DNA of 64,000 nt from Candidatus Omnitrophota bacterium (lineage in GTDB: Bacteria > Omnitrophota > Gorgyraeia > Zapsychrales > Zapsychraceae): NCBI GenBank assembly GCA_050250375.1, contig JBFWOS010000003.1:739359-803358 (forward strand). The letters run 5' to 3'. The first letter of the stretch is position 1, and the number at the start of each line of letters is the position of its first letter. The notes under the pieces are model-generated. The model had not been told where the DNA came from. It ran no database searches and was given only the letters and a program-made list of their open reading frames with translations. The translations under genes and the position numbers were made by a program. Below are positions 39,585 through 52,444 of this stretch, one piece after another.

Positions 39585-39653
39585 TGATTTTAAATAATGA
39601 TCACCTATTATATTAAAGATTTTTTTAGGGTCAAGAAAAATATTATGTCAACC

Positions 39654-42104
39654 TTATTCATCTTTGGTGACAACGTTCGCGATAGAAGTGACAAGATCAC
39701 TTTCTTTAAGAGAAATCAGCCTTACCCCAACAGCACTTCTTCCTGTTTGCCTGATTTCTGCAGGGGAACAGCGAACAATCATTCCTTCCTTTGTAACCAC
39801 CATCATTTCATTGCCCTCCATAACAGCGAGAACCCCGACTACAAGACCGTTTCTGTCCGTAACTTTAACATTAATAATCCCCTTCCCTCCTCGGGTTTGG
39901 GTACGGTAATCATTGAAGTCAGACCTTTTGGCATACCCTTTTTGTGTTACGGTTAACAAGGTGCTCCCAGTTTTAGCTATATCCGGAGGAAACACAATCA
40001 TGCTGACCACCTCGTCATTTTTTGCCAAGTTAATGCCTCTGACCCCCTTAGCGGTTCTCCCCATGTCTCTAATATTTTTTTCAGGAAACCGTAAAGCTTT
40101 TCCTTCCCGTGTAGCCAAAAGAATTTCACTTTTCCCGCCGCTCAACGCCGTTCCTATCAACATATCATTTTTTTCTAATGTTATACCAACGATACCGCCT
40201 TTACGTGGATTGCTGAAAAACGATAAGTTTGTCTTTTTAACATTTCCTTTGGCCGTAGCCATAACCAATGAAAAATCTTCAGAAAATGCCTTTACCGAAA
40301 CAATAGAACTTATCTGTTCATCTTTTTGCATGGATAAAAGATTAACGATATTCTTTCCTTTGGCCGTTCGAGCAGCTATCGGTATCTCATAAACCTTAAG
40401 CCACCTTACAATCCCCAAGGTAGAAAAAATCAATAAATAATCTTTAGATGAGGCGACAAAAAGTTGTTTAACAAAGTCTTCCTCTTTCATGGACATGGCC
40501 GATACGCCTTTGCCACCCCTGCGTTGTTTACGGTAAGAGGAAACGGCCAGACGTTTAATATACCCCGTGTTACTTATGGTAATCGCCATATCTTCTTCGG
40601 CAATTAAATCTTCGACTTCAATTTCTTCAGCCTTTGCTGCAATTTCCGTTCGACGTTCATTGGAATACTTACTTTTAACCTCTAATAGTTCGTCTTTGAT
40701 AATTCCATCTATCTTTTTTTCAGACGCCAGAATTGCCCGGTAATTTTCAATATCCTTTAGTAATTCCTTATATTCCTTTTCAATTTTATCTCTCTCCAAG
40801 GCGGTCAAGCGTTGAAGTTGCATTTCCAAAATGGCCTGCGCTTGCATTTCGGACAAACCGAATTTATCCATTAAATTTATCTTGGCCGCTTGAGTACTTT
40901 TCGATTCACGGATGGTCTTTATTATCTCGTTTATTCTGTCAATGGCGATCTTCAAACCTTCAAGGATATGGGCGCGCTTTAAAGCTCGGTCTAAATCAAA
41001 TTGTGTCCTTCGTCGAACGACGACACGTCGATGGTCAATATAGTGTCCTAATATTTCTTTTAAATTCAATACTTTAGGACGATTATTGACTAGGGCAAGA
41101 TTGATGACGCCAAAAGTGGTTTCCAATTGCGTATGTTTATACAAGCTGTTAAGAATTATTTGTGGCTCAACATCGCGCCTCATTTCTATTACAATGCGTA
41201 TACCGTCTTTATCGGACTCATCGCGGATATCCGTTATGCCCTCTATTTTTTTATTTTGGACAAGATTCGCGACCGTCTGAATCAGATTTGATTTATTAAC
41301 CTGATAAGGAATTTCAGTAACAACAATACTGTCTTTTTTACCTTGTTGTTTTTCAATAATAGCTTTTGCACGAACAATGAGTTTGCCCCTGCCTGTTTCA
41401 TAAGCTTCTTTTATGCCTTCTCGACCGCAAATAATTCCCCCTGTTGGAAAATCAGGCCCCTTGACGATTCGTCCAAGTTCTTTTATTGATATGTCAGGAT
41501 TTTCAATCAATTGAACCGTGGCGTCTGCTACTTCTCCAAGATTATGTGGAGGCATATTTGTCGCCATACCAACAGCAATACCACTTGAACCATTGACTAA
41601 TAAATTGGGAATGATCGCCGGTAAAATTTCTGGTTCTTTGTGCTCTCCATCAAAATTAGGCAACAGATTTACCGTGTTTTTTTCAATATCCGTCAGCATC
41701 GCTGTAGATATTGGGGCCAATCTTGCTTCCGTGTAACGATAGGCCGCGGCAGCATCTCCATCAATGGATCCAAAATTTCCTTGCCCCTCAATTAAAGGAT
41801 ACCGCAGTGAGAAGTCTTGGACCATACGGACTAGGGTGTCATAGACAGCAGAATCTCCATGAGGATGATATTTTTTAAGAACCTCTCCAACAACGCCTGC
41901 GCATTTTGAAAATCTTTTATTGGGCAACAATCCTTCATCGTACATCGCATATAATATTCTTCGGTGGACTGGTTTAAGACCGTCCCGAACATCCGGTAAA
42001 GCGCGGCCGACGATAACGCTCATCGAATACGCCAAATAGGACTTCTTCATTTCCTCTTCTATGTAAACTGGGATTATCTTTTCTTGCATGGATGGATCTT
42101 GCAT
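39654..42104 (-). CDS. gyrA: DNA gyrase subunit A
   Basis: …AAYRYTEARL… active-site Tyr region, GyrA box, beta-pinwheel C-terminus. Confidence 0.9.
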   Translation of the reverse strand: MQDPSMQEKIIPVYIEEEMKKSYLAYSMSVIVGRALPDVRDGLKPVHRRILYAMYDEGLLPNKRFSKCAGVVGEVLKKYHPHGDSAVYDTLVRMVQDFSLRYPLIEGQGNFGSIDGDAAAAYRYTEARLAPISTAMLTDIEKNTVNLLPNFDGEHKEPEILPAIIPNLLVNGSSGIAVGMATNMPPHNLGEVADATVQLIENPDISIKELGRIVKGPDFPTGGIICGREGIKEAYETGRGKLIVRAKAIIEKQQGKKDSIVVTEIPYQVNKSNLIQTVANLVQNKKIEGITDIRDESDKDGIRIVIEMRRDVEPQIILNSLYKHTQLETTFGVINLALVNNRPKVLNLKEILGHYIDHRRVVVRRRTQFDLDRALKRAHILEGLKIAIDRINEIIKTIRESKSTQAAKINLMDKFGLSEMQAQAILEMQLQRLTALERDKIEKEYKELLKDIENYRAILASEKKIDGIIKDELLEVKSKYSNERRTEIAAKAEEIEVEDLIAEEDMAITISNTGYIKRLAVSSYRKQRRGGKGVSAMSMKEEDFVKQLFVASSKDYLLIFSTLGIVRWLKVYEIPIAARTAKGKNIVNLLSMQKDEQISSIVSVKAFSEDFSLVMATAKGNVKKTNLSFFSNPRKGGIVGITLEKNDMLIGTALSGGKSEILLATREGKALRFPEKNIRDMGRTAKGVRGINLAKNDEVVSMIVFPPDIAKTGSTLLTVTQKGYAKRSDFNDYRTQTRGGKGIINVKVTDRNGLVVGVLAVMEGNEMMVVTKEGMIVRCSPAEIRQTGRSAVGVRLISLKESDLVTSIANVVTKDE

Positions 42105-42130
42105 TATATAGGCCTTTCTTATGGTTCTAT

Positions 42131-44901
<2,771 letters not shown>

Positions 44902-44941
44902 AGCGGAATTTTAATATCTATAAAAATTTTTATTTATTTGA

Positions 44942-46030
44942 TTAAATACGCATAGGAAGGGCTAAATATAGATAGTCATCCATTCGCATAACAGCGGGTT
45001 TATCCACCCCTAATAATTCCATATAAATTTTTTCTTCGTTAATATTTTTTAAAAAATCAATTAAAAATTGAGGATTAAACCCGACAACCATTTCAGAGCC
45101 TTTATATTCTACCGTTATCTCCTCTCTAGACTCCCCAATATCTGGTGTACTTTTAGAGACAACCATTTTATCTGAAAAAATTTCAAATTTAACTGCTTGA
45201 AAATCAGGGGTTGATAATAAATTAGCCCTTCTTATAGAAGCTAATAATTCTTGAGTTTTCATAACTATTCTATTTTCAATCGGTTTCGGAATAACTTGGT
45301 TATAGTTTGGAAATTCTCCTTCAATAATTCTAGTCGCAATTAAAGTTCCATCAATATTGAATAATACTTGATTTGCTCCGACAACTAACGACAAATCTCC
45401 ATCATCAGTTAAATTTCTATTAATTTCTTGAATTGCTTTGATTGGAATAATAACATTAACATCTTTTTTTAGGGTTGAATTTATTTTACGTTCAATTTTT
45501 GCTAATCGTCTACCATCTGTAGCGACTATTCTCATAAGATTACCGTTAATCTCTAATAAAACACCATTTAATACATATCTGGATTCTTCATGAGAAACAG
45601 CAAAAGATGTTAATTTTAACATTTCTTTAAATATAAATTGTCCAATTTGAACGTTTTCTTTATTATTAAATTCTGGAAATTTAGGAAACTCATCTTTCGG
45701 TAATCCGATTAATTTAAATCGATAATTTGTACCTTCAATATCAATTTGATTATTCTTTTTTGTGTTTATTAAAATATCCCCACTAGGTAATTCTTTTATT
45801 ATGTCACTAAATCTTTTTGCAGGAACAGTTATTGCGCCTTCTTCATGTGTTTCCACAGGGATTTCACAAGATATTCCGATATCTAAATCTGTAGCATTAA
45901 ATTGTAAAATGTTATTTTTTGTTTCTAATAATATATTAGATAGTATAGGTAATGTAATTTTATTAGAAACAACATTTTGAACTGTTTGAATTCCATGGAG
46001 TAGGTTTTCTTTTGTTACTTTAAATTTCAT
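44942..46030 (-). CDS. dnaN: DNA polymerase III beta sliding clamp
   Basis: 362 aa; N-term MKFKVTKENLLHGIQTVQNVVSNKITLPILSNILLE. Confidence 0.85.
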   Translation of the reverse strand: MKFKVTKENLLHGIQTVQNVVSNKITLPILSNILLETKNNILQFNATDLDIGISCEIPVETHEEGAITVPAKRFSDIIKELPSGDILINTKKNNQIDIEGTNYRFKLIGLPKDEFPKFPEFNNKENVQIGQFIFKEMLKLTSFAVSHEESRYVLNGVLLEINGNLMRIVATDGRRLAKIERKINSTLKKDVNVIIPIKAIQEINRNLTDDGDLSLVVGANQVLFNIDGTLIATRIIEGEFPNYNQVIPKPIENRIVMKTQELLASIRRANLLSTPDFQAVKFEIFSDKMVVSKSTPDIGESREEITVEYKGSEMVVGFNPQFLIDFLKNINEEKIYMELLGVDKPAVMRMDDYLYLALPMRI

Positions 46031-46178
46031 TTATTAACACCTCGTTTATCTAAAATTTTAGTTAAAACTAGTTGTAATATTAGTAGTGGCTGTGAATTTT
46101 TATAATATACTTCTAAGTTATTCGTTATTAATATTTTGTAGAGTTTTTATCTGTTAATAACCTCTTTAAAAAAAGTTA

Positions 46179-47516
46179 TTATTGTCTTAATTGTGTTGAT
46201 AATTTTAGGATTGCAATTTTCAAGTCTTCATTGTTTATGGCTTCTTTTTCAATTTTTTTGCAAGAGTGTAAAACAGTTGTGTGGTCTTTTCCACCAAAAG
46301 CGTTACCGATTTCAGGTAATGACATATTTGCTAATGTACGAGCTAGATACATCGCAACTTGTCTGGCTAGGACAATATTCTTATTTCTCTTTTTAGCGCG
46401 CATATCTGTCAAATTGATACCGAAGAATTGAGATACGGTCTTTTGAATCAACTCAACGCTAATGATCTTCATGCTTTCACGGACCATATCTTTAAGTATA
46501 ATTTTAGACATTTCAAGCGATATGGGTTTTTCTTCTAATAAAGCATATGCGGCTACACGGATGAGCGCTCCTTCCAGTTCGCGAATATTTGTTTTAATCT
46601 GTTCCGCTATAAAAAAAATGACATCATCCGGGACTTTGACTGTTTCCGATTCCATTTTTTTTCTTAGGATTGCAACTCTAGTTTCAAAATCAGGGGGTTG
46701 AATGTCGGTTATTAATCCCCAAGAGAACCGCGAACTTAATCTTTCTTCAAGGTTGGATATTTCTTTTGGGGGGCGGTCGGAAGTAATGATAATTTGGCGT
46801 CGGTTATCGTGAAGATAATTAAATGTGTGAAAAAATTCCTCTTGGGTAGATTCTTTGCCGGCAATGAATTGAATGTCGTCAATTAATAAAACATCAATGT
46901 CACGATATCGTTTTCTAAAGTCGTTGGTTGATCGAGTTCTAATTGAGTCGATTAGTTCGTTTGTAAATTTTTCAGAGGACATATAAAAATGTTTTAAATG
47001 AGGATGTAGAAGGGAAATTTTATGGGTTATCGCTTGAATCAAGTGGGTTTTGCCCAAGCCGACATGACCGTAGATAAATAAGGGATTGTAAGCTTTTGCG
47101 GGAGATTCTGCAACAGCCAATCCGGCAGCCGCCGCAAATCGATTGGATGGACCGACGACAAAATTATCAAACGTAAATCGTGTGTTTAATTTCGACAATG
47201 ACGTGCTGGATATCTCAGGGAAGCCTTTTTTAAGTTCGTTCAGCCGATTTTGTGTATCTTTTTTTAAGATATTGGGGTTAACGGTAAATTCGATTTGAAA
47301 ACGTTTTTGAGACGCATTATTCAATGTATCATAAATAAAGTTCTGATAATGTTCAATAATCCAATTTTTAAAGAAGTCGTCAGGGGTTTCTATTATTAAT
47401 GTATTTGGCTCTATTTCTTTCGCCTGAACCGTCGAGAACCAGGTTTCATATGAGGTATTACCGACTTTTGATTTTATTTCGGGTTGGGCATTTTTCCAAA
47501 TATCAGTAAGGCTCAT
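46179..47516 (-). CDS. dnaA: Chromosomal replication initiator DnaA
   Basis: AAA+ Walker A GHVGLGKTHL; domain IV HTH (…VLARQVAMYLARTL…GGKDHTTVLHSCKKIE). Confidence 0.9.
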   Translation of the reverse strand: MSLTDIWKNAQPEIKSKVGNTSYETWFSTVQAKEIEPNTLIIETPDDFFKNWIIEHYQNFIYDTLNNASQKRFQIEFTVNPNILKKDTQNRLNELKKGFPEISSTSLSKLNTRFTFDNFVVGPSNRFAAAAGLAVAESPAKAYNPLFIYGHVGLGKTHLIQAITHKISLLHPHLKHFYMSSEKFTNELIDSIRTRSTNDFRKRYRDIDVLLIDDIQFIAGKESTQEEFFHTFNYLHDNRRQIIITSDRPPKEISNLEERLSSRFSWGLITDIQPPDFETRVAILRKKMESETVKVPDDVIFFIAEQIKTNIRELEGALIRVAAYALLEEKPISLEMSKIILKDMVRESMKIISVELIQKTVSQFFGINLTDMRAKKRNKNIVLARQVAMYLARTLANMSLPEIGNAFGGKDHTTVLHSCKKIEKEAINNEDLKIAILKLSTQLRQ

Positions 47517-48041
47517 ACTATGGTTGGCTCCAATAGATTATAGGTTGATAACTTGAAACGCGTAATTCATTAAAAACAATGTATTTACAGCTATAAAGTT
47601 AAACAATTAACAAGTTTTCCACAAGCGTCTGGAATTATGCTTATAGATAAAAAGTGATTCTTATAAGTGGGTAATCCCACAATCTTCATGAAGTGATAAC
47701 CTTCGAGAAGGACTAAAGCAATTGATAAGATTGTTCAGAGTAAAATTTGTTTTATTATAACAAAGAAAAAACGTATTTCAAATCTTATTTTCCGTATTAA
47801 ACTATTTTTTAGAGTTTAATTCCTCTATTAGGAATTTTATCTAAATTTAAATAAATTCGTCGAGACAAACAATAGATTTAAATCTGTAATCCTATGGAAA
47901 ATAGAAACTTTTGTGCGTATTGCATCAAAATGTCTTGACTATCATATGACCTATGTTATAATTGTGCCCATTAAAGATTAGGTTTAGAAAAATATAAAGG
48001 GATGGTTCATATGCCATCCTCTTTTACTATTAGGGACTATA
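47517..48041. promoter_or_regulatory. Candidate oriC / divergent promoter region between dnaA and rpmH
   Basis: Site of the strand switch of all genes in the window. AT-rich stretch 47740..47830. Single near-consensus DnaA box TTTTCCACA at 47615..47623. rpmH promoter TTGACT-16-TGtTATAAT at 47935..47962. Confidence 0.45.
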
Positions 48042-48179
48042 ATGAAAAAAACGTTAAAAACACCAACGATTCTTAAAGGTAAAAAAACGCACGGTTTTCG
48101 TAAGAGGATGAGTACGAGAGACGGTCGCGATGTCCTTAGTCGCCGCAGAAAAAAGGGTCGAAAAAGACTAACAAAGTAA
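48042..48179 (+). CDS. rpmH: 50S ribosomal protein L34 (under 60 aa, absent from ORF track)
   Basis: Manual translation [45 protein letters not shown]. Confidence 0.85.
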   Translation: MKKTLKTPTILKGKKTHGFRKRMSTRDGRDVLSRRRKKGRKRLTK

Positions 48180-48253
48180 AGCATCTGAACCCCCATCGAA
48201 ACTACAGTCATTAAATTTATTTTCCATACAAGGGTGTGGTATAATTTAAAAAT

Positions 48254-49876
48254 ATGGAAAAAAGACTTGTTTTATCCTTTGTTTTGTCTTTTCTGGTTCT
48301 TTATATTTGGGCAAGCGTAACTCCAAAGGCTCAAAAGGAAAGTGTGCCCTTAGAAAAATCAGAAACCATTGATAATAAAGAGTTTTCAATGGATTCTTCC
48401 TCCAGTTCCAACCTTGAAAACCACTCGACTCCAACTCTTCTTAAGCCTACATCTGATCAGATACAAGAAAAAAATTACACATTAGATTCCGAAAATTTTA
48501 TTCTTATTTTTTCAAGTTTGGGTGCAAAAGTTGAGAATGTGTTTTTGAAAGAATATAACGTTAGTTTACCTTTAAATAATATTGCCACGATTGATTTATA
48601 TAATAATATTTCATTTGATGTGGTCGAACAAAGCGAAAATAGCATTGAATTTTTTTATAGTTCAGATAATATTAATATAAAAAAGATATTTAAAATTACA
48701 AATGGATTTACATTTAATCTAGAAATCCAAGTTAAAAACAAAACATTAGCGCAAGAAAACACGCCAATTGATTTTAAATGTTTCACGTTAAACATGAATA
48801 AATTGGACAATAATGAAAAAATGTCCAAAGGAGGAGATGATTCTTTATATGAGTACGTTTTAAATTTAAATAGTGGAATTAAGAGAAAGAACAAGGCGCA
48901 TAAGTTTAGTATGAAAGATAATGTGAAAAATAGTGAGGCCGTTCAGTGGATTGGATTTAGAGATCGATATTATTGTGCAATTTGTAAGCCGCATTTTAAT
49001 TCGCAAGGATACTCTGTTAAAATGATTGACGAAAAAAATCTTGATATTACTATTACTTCTGAGAATGCTCAATTAAGTTCGGAAGATATGATAAATTACT
49101 CCGCTATGTATTATATTGGGCCTGAGAAAACGGATATTCTTTCAAAATATGATTTTGGGTTTCAAGATATCAAACGATATTATAAATTTGGTTTATTTGA
49201 TAAAATTGCAAAACTAATAGACTGGATAATGAAGTTGTTATTTAAATTTATCCCTAATTGGGGAACATCCATTATATTAATAAGTATAATAATATATTAT
49301 TCGATGTATCCTTTGACCGCCCGTGGCATGGCATCTATGAAGAAGATGCAGTCGTTGCAACCTAAAATTCAAGTGTTAAAGGAAAAATATGAAAAGAATC
49401 CACAAAAGCTAAATCAAGAAATGTTAGATCTTTATCGTAAAGAAAAAATAAATCCTTTGGGGGGCTGCTTTCCAATTCTTTTACAAATGCCGGTTTTTGT
49501 TGGGTTGTATCAAGTTTTATGGCGAAATGTTGACTTTAAAGGTGCAAAATTTTTATGGATTAAGGATTTATCACAGCCGGATCGGCTTTTTTACTTACCA
49601 TTTGATTTGCCTGTTATTGGGAATGAAATAAATTTATTGCCAATACTAATGATTTTTATTATGTTTTTTCAGCAAAAATTTTCTTCAAAAAATATGGTGT
49701 TAACTGATCCTATGCAAATACAGCAGCAAAAAATGATGGCTACAATAATGCCACTATTACTTGGTTTTATTTTTTATAAGTTTGCAAGTGGATTAACGCT
49801 ATATTTCACGATGTTTTATATATTCTCCACGCTAACACAATGGAAGTTATCAAAAGAAACTACGGTTAAAAAATAG
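48254..49876 (+). CDS. yidC: Membrane protein insertase YidC
   Basis: 540 aa; periplasmic domain plus C-terminal 5-TM core (…GGCFPILLQMPVFVGLYQVL…). Confidence 0.85.
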   Translation: MEKRLVLSFVLSFLVLYIWASVTPKAQKESVPLEKSETIDNKEFSMDSSSSSNLENHSTPTLLKPTSDQIQEKNYTLDSENFILIFSSLGAKVENVFLKEYNVSLPLNNIATIDLYNNISFDVVEQSENSIEFFYSSDNINIKKIFKITNGFTFNLEIQVKNKTLAQENTPIDFKCFTLNMNKLDNNEKMSKGGDDSLYEYVLNLNSGIKRKNKAHKFSMKDNVKNSEAVQWIGFRDRYYCAICKPHFNSQGYSVKMIDEKNLDITITSENAQLSSEDMINYSAMYYIGPEKTDILSKYDFGFQDIKRYYKFGLFDKIAKLIDWIMKLLFKFIPNWGTSIILISIIIYYSMYPLTARGMASMKKMQSLQPKIQVLKEKYEKNPQKLNQEMLDLYRKEKINPLGGCFPILLQMPVFVGLYQVLWRNVDFKGAKFLWIKDLSQPDRLFYLPFDLPVIGNEINLLPILMIFIMFFQQKFSSKNMVLTDPMQIQQQKMMATIMPLLLGFIFYKFASGLTLYFTMFYIFSTLTQWKLSKETTVKK

Positions 49877-49878
49877 GA

Positions 49879-50067
49879 ATGATTAGAAAAGATTCTAAAA
49901 GTTATGAGTTTGAAGGCGGGACGGTAGAGGAGGCGATTAATCTAGCTTTAAAAAAATTATGTGTGACCCGAGATGATATTATTGTAAAGGTTGTATCTGA
50001 GGAGAAAAAAGGTTTATTTGGTATGGAGGGGGCAAATCCCGCAAAAATAAAAGTGATTCTAAAATAA
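49879..50067 (+). CDS. Jag/KhpB N-terminal-domain-only protein (62 aa)
   Basis: Jag_N-like sequence directly after yidC; no KH/R3H part follows (next stop, then parS/parA). Confidence 0.5.
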   Translation: MIRKDSKSYEFEGGTVEEAINLALKKLCVTRDDIIVKVVSEEKKGLFGMEGANPAKIKVILK

Positions 50068-50130
50068 TTGTGATTATTCTTGATTTTTTTATTATTTATA
50101 GGAAAATATTTATTAAATATAAATCACACC

Positions 50131-50146
50131 TGTTTCACGTGAAACA
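50131..50146. promoter_or_regulatory. parS: parS centromere site, perfect 16-bp palindrome TGTTTCACGTGAAACA
   Basis: Exact match to the canonical bacterial parS consensus; 29 nt upstream of parA. Confidence 0.8.
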
Positions 50147-50174
50147 AAATCTAACCGAATGATCGTTATTTAAC

Positions 50175-51023
50175 ATGACTAAAATTATATCAGTATGTAA
50201 TCAAAAAGGTGGGACTGGAAAGACAACAACGGTAGTTAATCTATCTGCTGCATTGGCTCAGCTGGGAAAGAAGGTGTTGATAGTAGACGTTGACCCACAG
50301 GGCAATGCAACGAGTGGCGTTGGTGTTAATAAAAGTGAGTTAAATAAAACAATTTATGATCTTTTATTACATAGAGCTGTTACCGATGAGGTTATTGTTA
50401 AAAATGTATATCCGAATTTGGATATTATTCCCTGTAATATAAATTTAACAGGCGCTGAAATCGAATTAGTTGGAGCTATCGCCAGAGAAACACGATTAAA
50501 AAATGCATTAACAGCTATCCAGAACAATTACGATTTTATTTTTACAGATTCCCCGCCGTCCTTAGGTTTATTAACCCTAAATGCCTTAGTTGCTTGTAAT
50601 TCAGTAATAATTCCAATCCAATGTGAGTTTTATGCATTAGAAGGGGTTTCTCAGCTTTTAAATACTCTAAATTTGATAAGAGAGGGGTTAAATCCAAATC
50701 TATCAATAGAGGGTGTTTTATTAACAATGGCAGATTATAGAACAAACTTAACAAACGAAGTAATTAGTGAAATCAAATCTTATTTCAAAGATAAGGTTTA
50801 TACCACCATAATTCCTCGAAATATTCGACTAAGCGAGGCACCAAGTCATGGAAAACCAATTACGGTATATGATGATAATTCTATCGGGGCTATAAGGTAT
50901 GAGGAATTGGCCCAAGAAGTACTTGGTATATCCAGCCATGATCATAAGTCGTTGGAAGAGAATAGCTTAAATAAAAATCGCCAAATCATAAATTTGACGG
51001 AAAAAAATAAAACCAGTAGTTAA
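50175..51023 (+). CDS. parA: Chromosome partitioning ATPase ParA/Soj
   Basis: KGGTGKTTTVVNLSAALA deviant Walker A. Confidence 0.85.
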   Translation: MTKIISVCNQKGGTGKTTTVVNLSAALAQLGKKVLIVDVDPQGNATSGVGVNKSELNKTIYDLLLHRAVTDEVIVKNVYPNLDIIPCNINLTGAEIELVGAIARETRLKNALTAIQNNYDFIFTDSPPSLGLLTLNALVACNSVIIPIQCEFYALEGVSQLLNTLNLIREGLNPNLSIEGVLLTMADYRTNLTNEVISEIKSYFKDKVYTTIIPRNIRLSEAPSHGKPITVYDDNSIGAIRYEELAQEVLGISSHDHKSLEENSLNKNRQIINLTEKNKTSS

Positions 51024-51068
51024 TTTTGGATTGTTCAGTGGTTCAAATATTGAACAAAGGAGATCTAA

Positions 51069-51944
51069 ATGGAAAATCGAGCTTTAGGAAAAGGGTTGTC
51101 GGCTCTTATTCCCGAGAAAACTAAAGTAACCGCAATGGATCATCCGGTCAATGATGCGAATCAACCAGTTATTCTTGTTAATATAAATTTAATAAATGAC
51201 AATAGGTTACAACCTCGAATTAATTATAATCAGGATCGTCTGGAAGAACTAAAAAATTCTATTAGGGAGCAAGGACTTTTGCAACCTATTTTGGTAAGGA
51301 TCAAGGATAATGGATATGAGGTAATTGCGGGCGAACGACGGCTGAGGGCGGCCCGCTCGTTAAAATTAGAAAAGATACCCGTTATTGTAAAAGACGTTAC
51401 AGACAAAGAGGCCCTGGAAATTGCATTGGTAGAAAATATTCAACGTGAAGAATTGAATCCGATTGAAGAGGCAAAAGCATTTAGAAAACTAATCGATGAA
51501 TTTCAATATACTCAGGAAGAGGTGGCGCAGGCTGTCGGTAAAGATCGGACAACGATTACTAATTTATTGAGAGTTCTTAACCTCCCCGAAAACATTCAGC
51601 AGGGTGTCTTTGATGGAGCGATTAGCGTTGGGCACGCACGGACATTATTAGGGGTTGAATCCGATAGTGAAAAAAACAGGATGTTTGAAAAGATTATTAA
51701 AGAGGCTTTATCGGTTAGAGAGCTTGAAAACATAGTAAAAACTCAGACACAAAATTTTGGTGGTGCCCGGAAAATAAAAAATGAAAAGCAAAAAAATTAT
51801 GAAATTATAAAGCTAGAGGAAGACCTGCAGAAAATTTTAGGAACAAAGGTTAGAGTTGATGCCTCTAAAAAGAGAGGAAAAATAATTATAGAATATTATT
51901 CCTTTGAAGATTTAGAGCGTGTTTTACAATTAATTAGAAAATGA
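51069..51944 (+). CDS. parB: Chromosome partitioning protein ParB/Spo0J
   Basis: ParB box VIAGERRLRAARSL; HTH region. Confidence 0.85.
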   Translation: MENRALGKGLSALIPEKTKVTAMDHPVNDANQPVILVNINLINDNRLQPRINYNQDRLEELKNSIREQGLLQPILVRIKDNGYEVIAGERRLRAARSLKLEKIPVIVKDVTDKEALEIALVENIQREELNPIEEAKAFRKLIDEFQYTQEEVAQAVGKDRTTITNLLRVLNLPENIQQGVFDGAISVGHARTLLGVESDSEKNRMFEKIIKEALSVRELENIVKTQTQNFGGARKIKNEKQKNYEIIKLEEDLQKILGTKVRVDASKKRGKIIIEYYSFEDLERVLQLIRK

Positions 51945-52444
51945 AAGAACCTGTTTTAGTCATTATTAAACCGGATGGAATTAGTAAAGGCTTAACCGGC
52001 CCCATCTTTACAAAATTCTCACAAGCCGATTTGGAGATTGTTGCAATAAAAATTGCAAAGTCCAACCGGACGCTAATTGAAAAACACTATGATCATTTGA
52101 AAAAAGAACCATTTTTCAATGACGTTATAAGCTATTTGCTTGGAGAAGGTTATAAACGAAAAAAACTCCTGGCCGTTATTTATTACGGTGAAGGTGCAAT
52201 AAAAAAATGCCGTAAGATTGCTGGAGCCACAAATCCAGAAGATGCCCACCCGTTCAGCATTCGCGGATCTTATGGACGAATTACAACAAAAGGTTTGTTT
52301 GAAAATGTGGTTCATGTATCGTCTGATAAAAAAGAAGCAAAAAGAGAGATCAAGCTTTGGTTTGATCCAAACGAAATAACACGAGATTTATATCCCACCG
52401 ATATAATTCGAATATCCAGTTTAAAAAAGCGGATTTGGAAATGA
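51941..52444 (+). CDS. ndk: Nucleoside diphosphate kinase-like protein
   Basis: NDK fold pattern with the active-site NVVHVSSD (NxxHxSD). Confidence 0.6.
   Translation: MKEPVLVIIKPDGISKGLTGPIFTKFSQADLEIVAIKIAKSNRTLIEKHYDHLKKEPFFNDVISYLLGEGYKRKKLLAVIYYGEGAIKKCRKIAGATNPEDAHPFSIRGSYGRITTKGLFENVVHVSSDKKEAKREIKLWFDPNEITRDLYPTDIIRISSLKKRIWK

Noticed and set aside
46194-46202. DnaA-box-like TGTTGATAA
   Set aside because: Lies inside the 3' end of the dnaA coding sequence, not in the intergenic spacer; single occurrence.
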